Part shown: positions 50,416-57,968 of the stretch, piece after piece | Position numbering within the stretch: the stretch's first letter is position 1 | Layout of the letters: each line of letters opens with the position of its first letter | Source of the DNA: a virus | Direction: 5' to 3' (one strand) | Virus record (IMG/VR): IMGVR_UViG_3300032083_003484 | Span: 1-64,000 of that record | Length of the DNA: 64,000 nt | Notes under the pieces: generated by a model | Databases searched by the model: none | The model's input: only the letters and a program-made list of their open reading frames with translations | What the model was told of the DNA's origin: nothing | Made by a program: the position numbers and the translations under genes

Positions 50416-51109
50416 TTGAGCATTCTAGTGAGAACTCTTGTTTCTCTCCGGAGTTTAGTTTGATTGTAACATCACGCTTTTCAAACCAAGTTCTTCCGAT
50501 GCGGCTGTCGGCGGCATCCTCTAATGTTGCTCTGAGTTCTCCAACGGTTGTAGTAATAACGGTGGAAATAGAAACTTCGGCGCTCTCACGATCAGTCATC
50601 TCGGTTGTTTTCTCAAACGCATCGTAGATAGCACTTGGCTTAGCATCAATTAGCGTATCAAAGTAATCAACAATGGCATTAGACATTGTGCGGCCTCTAT
50701 CTTCCCTTAGAGCGGCATTAACATTTTCTCCGTTCATCTCCTTTCCATCTAGAAGCTTCTCAAGGGGCGCAGTAATCACGCTGGTTGAAAGCTCTTCTTC
50801 TAAGTTTAGGAGGGTCTTGAAAACATCCCAATCAAAATAGAAGCCGCCAATCAAAGCCACCCCATCACCATAAAGGTCTAGATAGGTTTCTCCCTCAAAG
50901 CAAAGGTTATTGTTTCTAATAACTTCCCGATCTGTGAGAAGTTGATATACATCGTCCAAAAGGCCGGTCTCTTCAATTGCCAGATCTACAAAGTCATCAT
51001 CAACGTGGATGCCATAGTAAGTTCCTTCAATAGTGATAGAGACTTGGTTTTCATCGTCGGCATCTAAGTTATCAAAAAAGCTTGTCCAGTTTTTTGTTGT
51101 TGTATTCAT
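50408..51109 (-). CDS. Acidic hypothetical protein
   Basis: 233-aa ORF with SD AAGGAG. Confidence 0.6.
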   Translation of the reverse strand: MNTTTKNWTSFFDNLDADDENQVSITIEGTYYGIHVDDDFVDLAIEETGLLDDVYQLLTDREVIRNNNLCFEGETYLDLYGDGVALIGGFYFDWDVFKTLLNLEEELSTSVITAPLEKLLDGKEMNGENVNAALREDRGRTMSNAIVDYFDTLIDAKPSAIYDAFEKTTEMTDRESAEVSISTVITTTVGELRATLEDAADSRIGRTWFEKRDVTIKLNSGEKQEFSLECSND

Positions 51110-51125
51110 TTTTCTCCTTATTTAG

Positions 51126-51170
51126 TAGACCCACCAGGACTTGAACCTGGAACCAATCGTTTATGAGACG
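51126..51170 (-). pseudogene. 3'-half tRNA(CAU) relic
   Basis: CGT-CTCATAA-ACGAT, CCAGG-TTCAAGT-CCTGG, TGGGTCT-A present; D-arm and 5' acceptor strand absent. Confidence 0.8.
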
Positions 51171-51186
51171 TATGATTTAATATTAA

Positions 51187-51260
51187 TGGGCGCAGAGGGA
51201 CTTGAACCCCCATTGGATCGTTTATGAGACGACGGCATTAACCAATTATGCTATACGCCC
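51187..51260 (-). tRNA. tRNA with CAU anticodon, most likely Ile2 (lysidine substrate)
   Basis: GGGCGTA/TGCGCCC acceptor, GCAT/ATGC D-stem, GTCGT-CTCATAA-ACGAT, GGGGG-TTCAAGT-CCCTC; directly downstream of tilS; lacks initiator features. Confidence 0.9.
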
Positions 51261-51323
51261 TTATACGGTTTTTACAGACTGATCAGGAGGGACGGTGACA
51301 GTGTCTGAAGGGAACCGTAAACC

Positions 51324-51935
51324 TTATAACTCATTGTATAAGCTTTTTACTTTTTTTGCAACAACTTTTTGTATGCCTGGGTTGATTTTCTTAATTTCTG
51401 GAATAATAACGTTTCGGATTCTGTTTCTTGCGAAAGCATTATCATTATTAGATCTATCCTCAATCCAAGGCATTTCTTTTTTATCACACCATTTGATCAA
51501 CTTTTCTTTTTTTGTCAAAAGGAAAGGACGTATAACATTACCCCTCCTGTATGGTGTGATTTTTGCTTTTCCGTGTAGTGAAGAAAAAACATAAAATTCA
51601 ACAACATCATCCAAGTGGTGACCTGTGATGATTGGCTTGTCGCTAAATTCATCAAAGAATTTATATCTTTGATCTCGCCAGAACTCCTCTTGAGAGGCTC
51701 CAGGAGGCTTCACAGCGCCAAGGAAGCCGGTGTGAAGGGTAAGGGTGCGGTTTTCACAGAAACGTCTTAGAAAGGCTTCTGCTTCGTTTGACGTTGGGGT
51801 GTTGTGATTAAAGAAAAGCACCTCAACGTCATTTGATGGGTTGTTTGAGATAAAACTCAAGGCCGCCATAGAGTCAACGCCGCCAGAACAGGCAACATAA
51901 GATACTCTTGGGATGTTTCCAAGTAGTTGAATCAT
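51324..51935 (-). CDS. tilS: tRNA(Ile)-lysidine synthetase, catalytic domain only
   Basis: ACSGGVDS PP-loop, R..RY.FF, TGHHLDD, IRPFL, EDRSN...RNRIR. Confidence 0.9.
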   Translation of the reverse strand: MIQLLGNIPRVSYVACSGGVDSMAALSFISNNPSNDVEVLFFNHNTPTSNEAEAFLRRFCENRTLTLHTGFLGAVKPPGASQEEFWRDQRYKFFDEFSDKPIITGHHLDDVVEFYVFSSLHGKAKITPYRRGNVIRPFLLTKKEKLIKWCDKKEMPWIEDRSNNDNAFARNRIRNVIIPEIKKINPGIQKVVAKKVKSLYNEL

Positions 51936-51941
51936 ACAAGC

Positions 51942-51970
51942 ATTATAAATTACTTGTATGAAAAAGTCAA
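51942..51970 (-). promoter_or_regulatory. Sigma70-type promoter for tilS (leaderless)
   Basis: TTGACT-N17-TATAAT with the ATG 6 nt downstream and no SD. Confidence 0.8.
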
Positions 51971-52038
51971 TAAATTATTTTTTCAAGCTAGCGCAGACAA
52001 CGAAAGAAGAAAAGAGCCAATAATAAAACTTACTGCTC

Positions 52039-52368
52039 TTATATAACTCCAGCTGCGTGTAGACTTACCGTTACTATGTTCCATGTTACTGTTGCTACGT
52101 AGGCCGTGATCAAGAAATACCATACCCATTTTTTTGAAAGTTTATCTTTTTTAACCCAGCGATCGTACTCAACCAACAAGGCGTGTTGCATAACAAAGAT
52201 TTTAAACATAGCAAAGGAGATTACTGAATTCTCTAAAAAGTATCCCATTACTGGATTAACTTCTTCGGCAAAGCCTCCTTCTACAGCAAAAATTGTTATG
52301 CATAGATCTAAAAGGTTTAAAATAACTAGTGCTTTTAGAAATTTATCATGTGGGTGTTTTTCAATCAT
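52039..52368 (-). CDS. Small membrane protein (DUF5658-like)
   Basis: LNLLD..IT...G..EVNP.M...FK pattern; three hydrophobic segments. Confidence 0.65.
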   Translation of the reverse strand: MIEKHPHDKFLKALVILNLLDLCITIFAVEGGFAEEVNPVMGYFLENSVISFAMFKIFVMQHALLVEYDRWVKKDKLSKKWVWYFLITAYVATVTWNIVTVSLHAAGVI

Positions 52369-52371
52369 TAG

Positions 52372-52679
52372 TGGAGATGTGGGGAGTCGAACCCCAGTCC
52401 TTAAAACTTAAAATCAATCGTCATTCACAAAATTAGTTAGTCAACCACCCGACTAACAAGCCACCTCGTACAACGAGGGTATCTACATTAAATAGAAACA
52501 AATTAACAAAAAAGCAACTTTGGATAACAAGGCAGTTGCCGCCCCCTGATTATGCTGCTAACGCAACAGAGTCAAATTCAACGTTATTGTTGGCAATTAT
52601 TTTTTTTCTGGTTTTCGTATGTCCAGCCAAGCTTTTGCACGATTTATTTTTTATTCCAAGTCGAAGCCAGTGCATCCCC
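52372..52679 (-). ncRNA. ssrA: tmRNA; tag peptide ANNNVEFDSVALAA* (52550..52594)
   Basis: 5' GGGGATG...GGCTTCGAC; 3' GGGG-TTCGACT-CCCC T-arm and CATCTCC-A; G3.U70 pair; resume context ATAATT-GCC; tag ends ALAA-stop. Confidence 0.95.
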
Positions 52680-53006
52680 TTATTTTCTAAGGCTATTTTC
52701 TAGCCGGTTTAGGTGTATAGTGTCTATCCCTAAAAACAAAGCTGTTTCTTGTTGGGATGAACAAACAGATTTGGCATACTTTACTAATGCCTCTATAGTT
52801 ATTTTTTTTATTGATCTTGCTAAACTTAGGCCGTACATCTTGCCATTTATCTTGTGGCTCAAAGACTCAAGCTTGATTGCTATAATGTCTTCTAGTGGCA
52901 GGTTTGATATACGAACTAAGAATCTATCGTCAATCAAATTTTCTTCTTTAAGATTTTTTATGATTGAGTATTTAGATTTTTTTATTTTACTTTTTGTTTT
53001 TCTCAA
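52680..53006 (-). CDS. Basic protein with a C-terminal Fis-like HTH
   Basis: ALVKYA..SQQETALFLGID. Confidence 0.55.
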   Translation of the reverse strand: MRKTKSKIKKSKYSIIKNLKEENLIDDRFLVRISNLPLEDIIAIKLESLSHKINGKMYGLSLARSIKKITIEALVKYAKSVCSSQQETALFLGIDTIHLNRLENSLRK

Positions 53007-55757
53007 TTAAAGTAAGCTAGCTAGTTTGTGAAGAAGGTCCTCTGATAAGTCAAGCTGGTCTTCGACCTCGGCTTCAGGTTCAGGCTCTTCGACCTCAACA
53101 GAACCGGTAGGGTCTTCTACTTCCACTTCCGGAGCAGGTGTTATTTCTGCTTCCTGGTCCTCTAAATGAGCTTCGATGTTCGGAAGAATATAATCTTTAA
53201 AAGCTTTCTCGTCTTCAGGGTTAGATAAGGTCTCATAAGTATTGAGAATCTGTGTCTGGATCTTCTTGAGTGTTACAGCTGCTTCTCTCATCCCTGTTAA
53301 CTGGTCAGGGTCGGTTGGTATATCATCGCCAGATACTAGCTTCTCTTCTTCGGTCCTAGAATCTCCTTCTTCAGGATCGATTACCGGTTCTTCTTCCCTA
53401 CCAAGACCTAAGTCCATTCTATTTGGGTCACTCGGAGCGACACCAATCTCGATATCTTCTTCTAACTCTAAGTTGGCGGCCGGGTCAGTCTCTGAACTCT
53501 TTGAGATGTCTGCGATACCTAAGAGGTTTTTGATGCCAATCATTAAGTGGTTGGAATACGCCTGTCTTTGTTCTGACGAGGTTGTAAGATCTTTATAGTC
53601 ATCCTGAATTGATGGGATAATATTTTTTAAGAGATCACGAAGTTTATTGACGCCGGTGTTTTGATAAACAACTTCATCGGACTGTTTTGCTTCTGTGAGG
53701 ATCCCACGAATAGCTTTACGTAGGCGTTGCTCTTCGTTTAGTTGTTTTCTTTTATTCTCGGTGATAATCTTTCGTATTGCTTTTCGAAGTTTGAGTTCTT
53801 CCATTAAATCTTCTCTTTTTATGAAATAGTTTTCTTGCATCTCTCTATAAATAGTGCGCTTTTTAGGTTCATCGCCTACAGGGGCAGCAAACCCACCAAC
53901 TGCTCCTCCCCCCATCGCAGACATTTCATCCAGCGAAGATTCCGAAGAAGGGGGTTGGTCTTTTCCCAGAATAACTAAAACCTCATCAGGGTCAACGCCC
54001 TGCGGTATGAATGGAGTTATATCCTCTCCTTTCGAAAAGGCTTCTCTAAAGTCTGTAGCACTCAATTCCGGAGGTTGTGGAGTGAATGCGTGTTCCATTG
54101 GATCTAAGACCTTTACTCCCTCTGCCGCATAGTTTTGTACACTTTTTGCAAAACGACTTTGATCGCCGCCTTTTGTGCTAGTACCTAATAGGACTTTCTC
54201 ACCGGGCTTTGCCACTTCTTCTACATGCTTGTAGGCTGCGGTTACTGGTGATGCTGATGGGGACTCTTCGACTCTTACGTTTCTAAGGCCAAGTGCTTTT
54301 GCGTATACGTCAAATATTTGTTTTGCCTGCTCTGACGTTACCTGAACTCCGTTTGCTTCTCTGGTCTTCGGAGAGACGTATACGATAACCTCGTCTGCGA
54401 TGCCGGCATAGTGTGCTACCATATCCATATGGCCACGATGAGGCGGTTTGAAGCTTCCTGGTATTACTGCGACTATCTTTTCTTGACCTTCTTGTTCTGT
54501 TAGAGTGCTAAGGGCCGGTATCTTTCCTCGGCCATATTTAAACATACCCAAGATCTGGTTGATGGGAGCAAAATTACCGGTAAATTTATAGGTGCTTCCA
54601 TTCCAGTCAAAGACAAAACCTTCGGCGGCAGTAGTAACACGATCGGCATCTTTTAATTTTTCTAGTTGAGACTTGAGAATTTCTATAGCCTCTTCATGAC
54701 CGGAGGCCTCTATAACTTTTATTGCGTTGGCTACTTCATCTTTCAGTCTTGCTACTTCTGTTGAGTTGTCAAGAATAAAAAGTGATTGGAGGCCTTCTAA
54801 AACATCAACAGTAAAGTCGTGGACAACACTCTCTACGGGAGCAATCGCTGCTTTCAAAAACTTTGCATCTGCTTCTTTAACCATACGACTAAAAGCTGCC
54901 CGCTGTTCGGAAGGGATAATGCTTTTAAGTTTTGTTACTGAGTATGGGCCGCTACGTTGACCGGAGGCGAATCGATTTACCAAGAGAGCTTTTGCTTCGT
55001 CTGGTAGGAAGCCAAAACTGTCTTCTACCATTGGGGTTATTCTAGCAACAAGATAATCTAATACAGTATCATTATCTGAAACTCCAACCCTGGATATTGT
55101 TTGTTCTAAAGCAGCAAGATTCCTATTCAGTGTCTCGTCACTTAGTTTGTCTAGCTTTCGAATCGGGTTAACCATAAACCCAAACTCTTCATTGGCGACG
55201 GCCTCTTGCATCTTTACAAGGGCGTTCCGAAGAGTGTTAAAGCTCTCAGAGACATCAACATCCTCAACTTGGCCCGACTCTTTATTAAAATAGGCATGAC
55301 CAACGTGGTGGATGGTTAGATTCTTGGTATCATAGTTAATGACGTTTGCGTTTCTAGGATCTTGTATCTCGGCGTTATAATAGATGTTTGCATCTGGTCC
55401 GAAGATCTTTTCCTGTGTCTCTGCTGGAAGTGACTGAACTGCTTTCTCGAAAACAGAAAAAGCATCGTTGAACGCTTGCTCAACAGAACCTCGCCCAGCA
55501 AACTTCGCAGCAAGGCCGGCGGCGTCTAGGCCGCCTTTCTTGATGTTCCCCTTGTTCCTGGCTGCTTTGGCCTTACCATCCTTTACAGAATAAGAAATGT
55601 AAAGGTTCTGACCATCAGTCTTCTCTGTTCCCTCAAGTTCGCCCTGGGAAGCTGCGATGAATATTTCTTTCATCTGCTTAAAAGTTAACGCCGGGTTATC
55701 ATAAAGGTGAGACATGTGACCGGCGACGCCTCCTTCGTTAACGAACATTGAAGTCAT
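53007..55757 (-). CDS. Fusion: ATP-dependent ligase-like (KxDG) domain + HIGH nucleotidyltransferase + acidic/helical C-terminal domain
   Basis: TEKTDGQN (motif I), AEGFVF (IV), YKF (V); IPGSFKPPHRGH...SATDFR. Confidence 0.7.
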   Translation of the reverse strand: MTSMFVNEGGVAGHMSHLYDNPALTFKQMKEIFIAASQGELEGTEKTDGQNLYISYSVKDGKAKAARNKGNIKKGGLDAAGLAAKFAGRGSVEQAFNDAFSVFEKAVQSLPAETQEKIFGPDANIYYNAEIQDPRNANVINYDTKNLTIHHVGHAYFNKESGQVEDVDVSESFNTLRNALVKMQEAVANEEFGFMVNPIRKLDKLSDETLNRNLAALEQTISRVGVSDNDTVLDYLVARITPMVEDSFGFLPDEAKALLVNRFASGQRSGPYSVTKLKSIIPSEQRAAFSRMVKEADAKFLKAAIAPVESVVHDFTVDVLEGLQSLFILDNSTEVARLKDEVANAIKVIEASGHEEAIEILKSQLEKLKDADRVTTAAEGFVFDWNGSTYKFTGNFAPINQILGMFKYGRGKIPALSTLTEQEGQEKIVAVIPGSFKPPHRGHMDMVAHYAGIADEVIVYVSPKTREANGVQVTSEQAKQIFDVYAKALGLRNVRVEESPSASPVTAAYKHVEEVAKPGEKVLLGTSTKGGDQSRFAKSVQNYAAEGVKVLDPMEHAFTPQPPELSATDFREAFSKGEDITPFIPQGVDPDEVLVILGKDQPPSSESSLDEMSAMGGGAVGGFAAPVGDEPKKRTIYREMQENYFIKREDLMEELKLRKAIRKIITENKRKQLNEEQRLRKAIRGILTEAKQSDEVVYQNTGVNKLRDLLKNIIPSIQDDYKDLTTSSEQRQAYSNHLMIGIKNLLGIADISKSSETDPAANLELEEDIEIGVAPSDPNRMDLGLGREEEPVIDPEEGDSRTEEEKLVSGDDIPTDPDQLTGMREAAVTLKKIQTQILNTYETLSNPEDEKAFKDYILPNIEAHLEDQEAEITPAPEVEVEDPTGSVEVEEPEPEAEVEDQLDLSEDLLHKLASLL
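53846..53855 (-). promoter_or_regulatory. Candidate internal late promoter ACTATTTATA before an in-frame ATG (53840)
   Basis: ACTATTTATAGAGAGATG inside the 916-aa ORF, at a domain boundary. Confidence 0.45.
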
Positions 55758-55758
55758 C

Positions 55759-56013
55759 TTATTTTCCTTCTTCTAGAACTTTTATTTGTTCTTGTAGAGT
55801 CTTTAACCGCTCATCCATCCTTCGGGATTCTAAGCATGCTTGTTTAAGTTCGTGAAGAGCCATAACAAGCGCCCGCCGAGAACTAACAGTACGAGGTTTA
55901 AGTGACTCTAGATTCCTTATAGCAGACTCTAAGATGGCACTTAAGCCAGGTTTGTTTTTGGATTCGTTAAGGTATAAAAAATCATTAAACTTTTTTTCTA
56001 TACTCTTTAACAC
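55759..56013 (-). CDS. Small coiled-coil hypothetical protein
   Basis: 84-aa ORF abutting its neighbours; several L-x-E sites. Confidence 0.55.
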   Translation of the reverse strand: MLKSIEKKFNDFLYLNESKNKPGLSAILESAIRNLESLKPRTVSSRRALVMALHELKQACLESRRMDERLKTLQEQIKVLEEGK

Positions 56014-56014
56014 T

Positions 56015-56260
56015 TTATCCCTCTGCTAGATCAGCCGGAGCCGCCTTCTTCGCTTTTCGTCTAGGAGCCGGCTTGGCTTCTTTCTTCGCAACTGGCTCGG
56101 GCTTAGGCTCGGGCTTAGGTGCTGGCTTGGGTGCTGGCTTGGGTGCTGGCTTGGGTGCTGGTACTGGTTTTGCTGCCGGCTCTACTGCAGCTGCTTTTCG
56201 GGCCTCGGCAGCTCTTATTGCTCGGAGCTTTCGAATCCTTCTTGTTCTTGGTGATGCCAT
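56015..56260 (-). CDS. Basic Pro/Ala/Lys-rich protein (H1-like composition)
   Basis: SD GGAG; Arg-rich N-terminus; PKPA repeats. Confidence 0.6.
   Translation of the reverse strand: MASPRTRRIRKLRAIRAAEARKAAAVEPAAKPVPAPKPAPKPAPKPAPKPEPKPEPVAKKEAKPAPRRKAKKAAPADLAEG
56094..56165. repeat. 12-bp tandem repeat, six units, encoding PKPA/PKPE
   Basis: ggctcgggctta x2, ggtgctggcttg x3, ggtgctggtact. Confidence 0.9.
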
Positions 56261-56262
56261 TT

Positions 56263-56763
56263 TTATTCTCCTTTTTTGATTCCAAACTTTCGGAGCAGCA
56301 TGTTATGAAGCATACTGTTCTTTTTGTCATGGTAATCTTTTGATTCAGTTTGTGTTTCTTTATTTTTTGATGTTTCTTGCTTTCCTTCACTCATTGGGTA
56401 TCCTCCGATTTGATTTTGATATCTTTTCATCAACCGACCTGAACCTATGTGGAAAGCTTCATCTTCCATTGCTTTTAGATTTGGGTCAGCGTCAATGTCG
56501 TGTGTCTTGACCATTAGATCTTCGCCACGACAGTTTTGTGAATGATGCACTAACTCATGAGAAAGAGACCTTAGAATGTCTTTTGGGTGTCTTCCGGTAG
56601 TATAAATAGTCACCACCATAGAAGAAGGATCATAATGAGCAGTATACCCCATTGGATTCTGCGCATTTTCTTGATCATCTACAAAGTTTATTGTTGGATC
56701 TTGATCGAATCCAAGTTGCTTTTTAGCAAACGGATAAAACTCATTTACCAAATCTTCATACAT
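56263..56763 (-). CDS. Zincin-like metallopeptidase domain protein
   Basis: RHPKDILRSLSHELVHHSQ...EDEA. Confidence 0.7.
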   Translation of the reverse strand: MYEDLVNEFYPFAKKQLGFDQDPTINFVDDQENAQNPMGYTAHYDPSSMVVTIYTTGRHPKDILRSLSHELVHHSQNCRGEDLMVKTHDIDADPNLKAMEDEAFHIGSGRLMKRYQNQIGGYPMSEGKQETSKNKETQTESKDYHDKKNSMLHNMLLRKFGIKKGE

Positions 56764-56780
56764 TATAAGGTACCTTTACT

Positions 56781-56790
56781 TATAATTAGT
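56781..56790 (-). promoter_or_regulatory. Candidate late promoter variant ACTAATTATA
   Basis: 17 nt upstream of the ATG at 56763. Confidence 0.45.
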
Positions 56791-56995
56791 GTGTAAACTC
56801 AGAATTAACCGTTTTACATTCTACACAACGAAAAATTGGAATCGGTGCATACGATGTTTGACCTGATGGTGACTGTAGTGCGGAAAGTCTCTTGATCTGA
56901 ACGACTTGCTCAAAAAAGATACTGTCGCACTCATCGCACTTAACGTCAGTGCAGTCTTCTGGTCGGATGTTGATGTTTAGATTGTCTTGTTGCAT
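56786..56995 (-). CDS. Small zinc-ribbon protein
   Basis: CDEC...CVEC; SD AGGAG. Confidence 0.7.
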   Translation of the reverse strand: MQQDNLNINIRPEDCTDVKCDECDSIFFEQVVQIKRLSALQSPSGQTSYAPIPIFRCVECKTVNSEFTH

Positions 56996-57007
56996 TATTG
57001 TATTCTC

Positions 57008-57259
57008 CTATATGTTTATTGCTCTTCGGAATAAGCTTAAATCTTTTTGCTTAAACCATTCTGGATCTAACCCTTCTATTGGCGCCAACTCAGCAGTTAA
57101 CGCCCATTCAATTTTATAACAATGAAATCCCATTAACTTTCGGTGATCAATAACAACACCAATTAAAAGATCATTAATATAATTAACTGATACTCCTAAT
57201 ACTAAGTCACTAACATTATATTGCTTAGTTGTATCATTAATATTAACTTTATTAGTCAT
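57008..57259 (-). CDS. Small hypothetical protein (SH3-like beta barrel?)
   Basis: DLV...IGVVID...YKIEW pattern. Confidence 0.5.
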   Translation of the reverse strand: MTNKVNINDTTKQYNVSDLVLGVSVNYINDLLIGVVIDHRKLMGFHCYKIEWALTAELAPIEGLDPEWFKQKDLSLFRRAINI

Positions 57260-57438
57260 TGTTTATTAATATAAAGTACCGGAACTTCTATGTGTTCAAT
57301 AATAGTATTCATGCTTTCTAGCTTAGTAAACCATATTCTATCATACTTTACGTAAATGTCAACAACTAAATACAGTTCTTTTTTATACAGTATTAAATCA
57401 CCAAGTTCCAAGTTCTTTACAAACGACTCTCCAATCAC
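57256..57438 (-). CDS. Small hypothetical protein
   Basis: 60-aa ORF coupled to both neighbours; LELGDLI. Confidence 0.45.
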   Translation of the reverse strand: MIGESFVKNLELGDLILYKKELYLVVDIYVKYDRIWFTKLESMNTIIEHIEVPVLYINKQ

Positions 57439-57968
57439 TAGATACAGATCTGTTCGCTAATTCTATCACTATTGCGAGTTACTGCTTCCGATAGTAGATC
57501 AGCACGTCTAATGATCCGACGAGCATAAGCTCTAGATCTAGGTGTGCACTGATTTCCAGCATTATAATGACAGAGAGGATCAGCCCACTCTTGTTGGTGA
57601 TCTACAGAGAAAAGCTGGAACGGCTCTGTTGAGATCGATCTAGAAAACCTATAATGAAAATCTTTTACCGCATTGACTCCATCCTTAATTAAATCACAAT
57701 TCTCCAATCTTCCTTCTTCACAAAAGTATCTAGGATTGATCTGCAATGGTCCGTGGCAACAACCTGTGTAAGAAACAACTCCTTTTTGAAGTCTAGATTC
57801 TTCCCAGGCTACCGATACAGCAATTAGGGGTGAAACATTTCTAGCAATTGCTTCACTAGCAATCACCTCACAAGTATTAAACCTTTCAGGGTTCAGGACA
57901 TGATCTGGAGTGTTTAGTACTCCAGCAGTAAAAAGGATATAGCAAATCCCATAGCTTAACTTAACCAT
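57438..57968 (-). CDS. Lytic transglycosylase (SLT-like) with signal peptide
   Basis: AWEESRL, GPLQIN, HYNAG...YARRI; hydrophobic N-terminus; Cys-rich. Confidence 0.75.
   Translation of the reverse strand: MVKLSYGICYILFTAGVLNTPDHVLNPERFNTCEVIASEAIARNVSPLIAVSVAWEESRLQKGVVSYTGCCHGPLQINPRYFCEEGRLENCDLIKDGVNAVKDFHYRFSRSISTEPFQLFSVDHQQEWADPLCHYNAGNQCTPRSRAYARRIIRRADLLSEAVTRNSDRISEQICI

Noticed and set aside
51187-51260. Calling the CAU tRNA initiator Met
   Set aside because: It has a paired G1-C72 and lacks the three G-C pairs in the anticodon stem; adjacency to tilS favours Ile2, though elongator Met is not formally excluded.
52552-53010. 152-aa plus-strand ORF
   Set aside because: Antisense to the tmRNA and the HTH gene; no recognisable motifs.
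56601-56610. Additional TATAAATAG copies inside coding regions (56601 and near 26312)
   Set aside because: Far from any start codon and explained by Thr/Ser-Ile-Tyr codons; likely chance.
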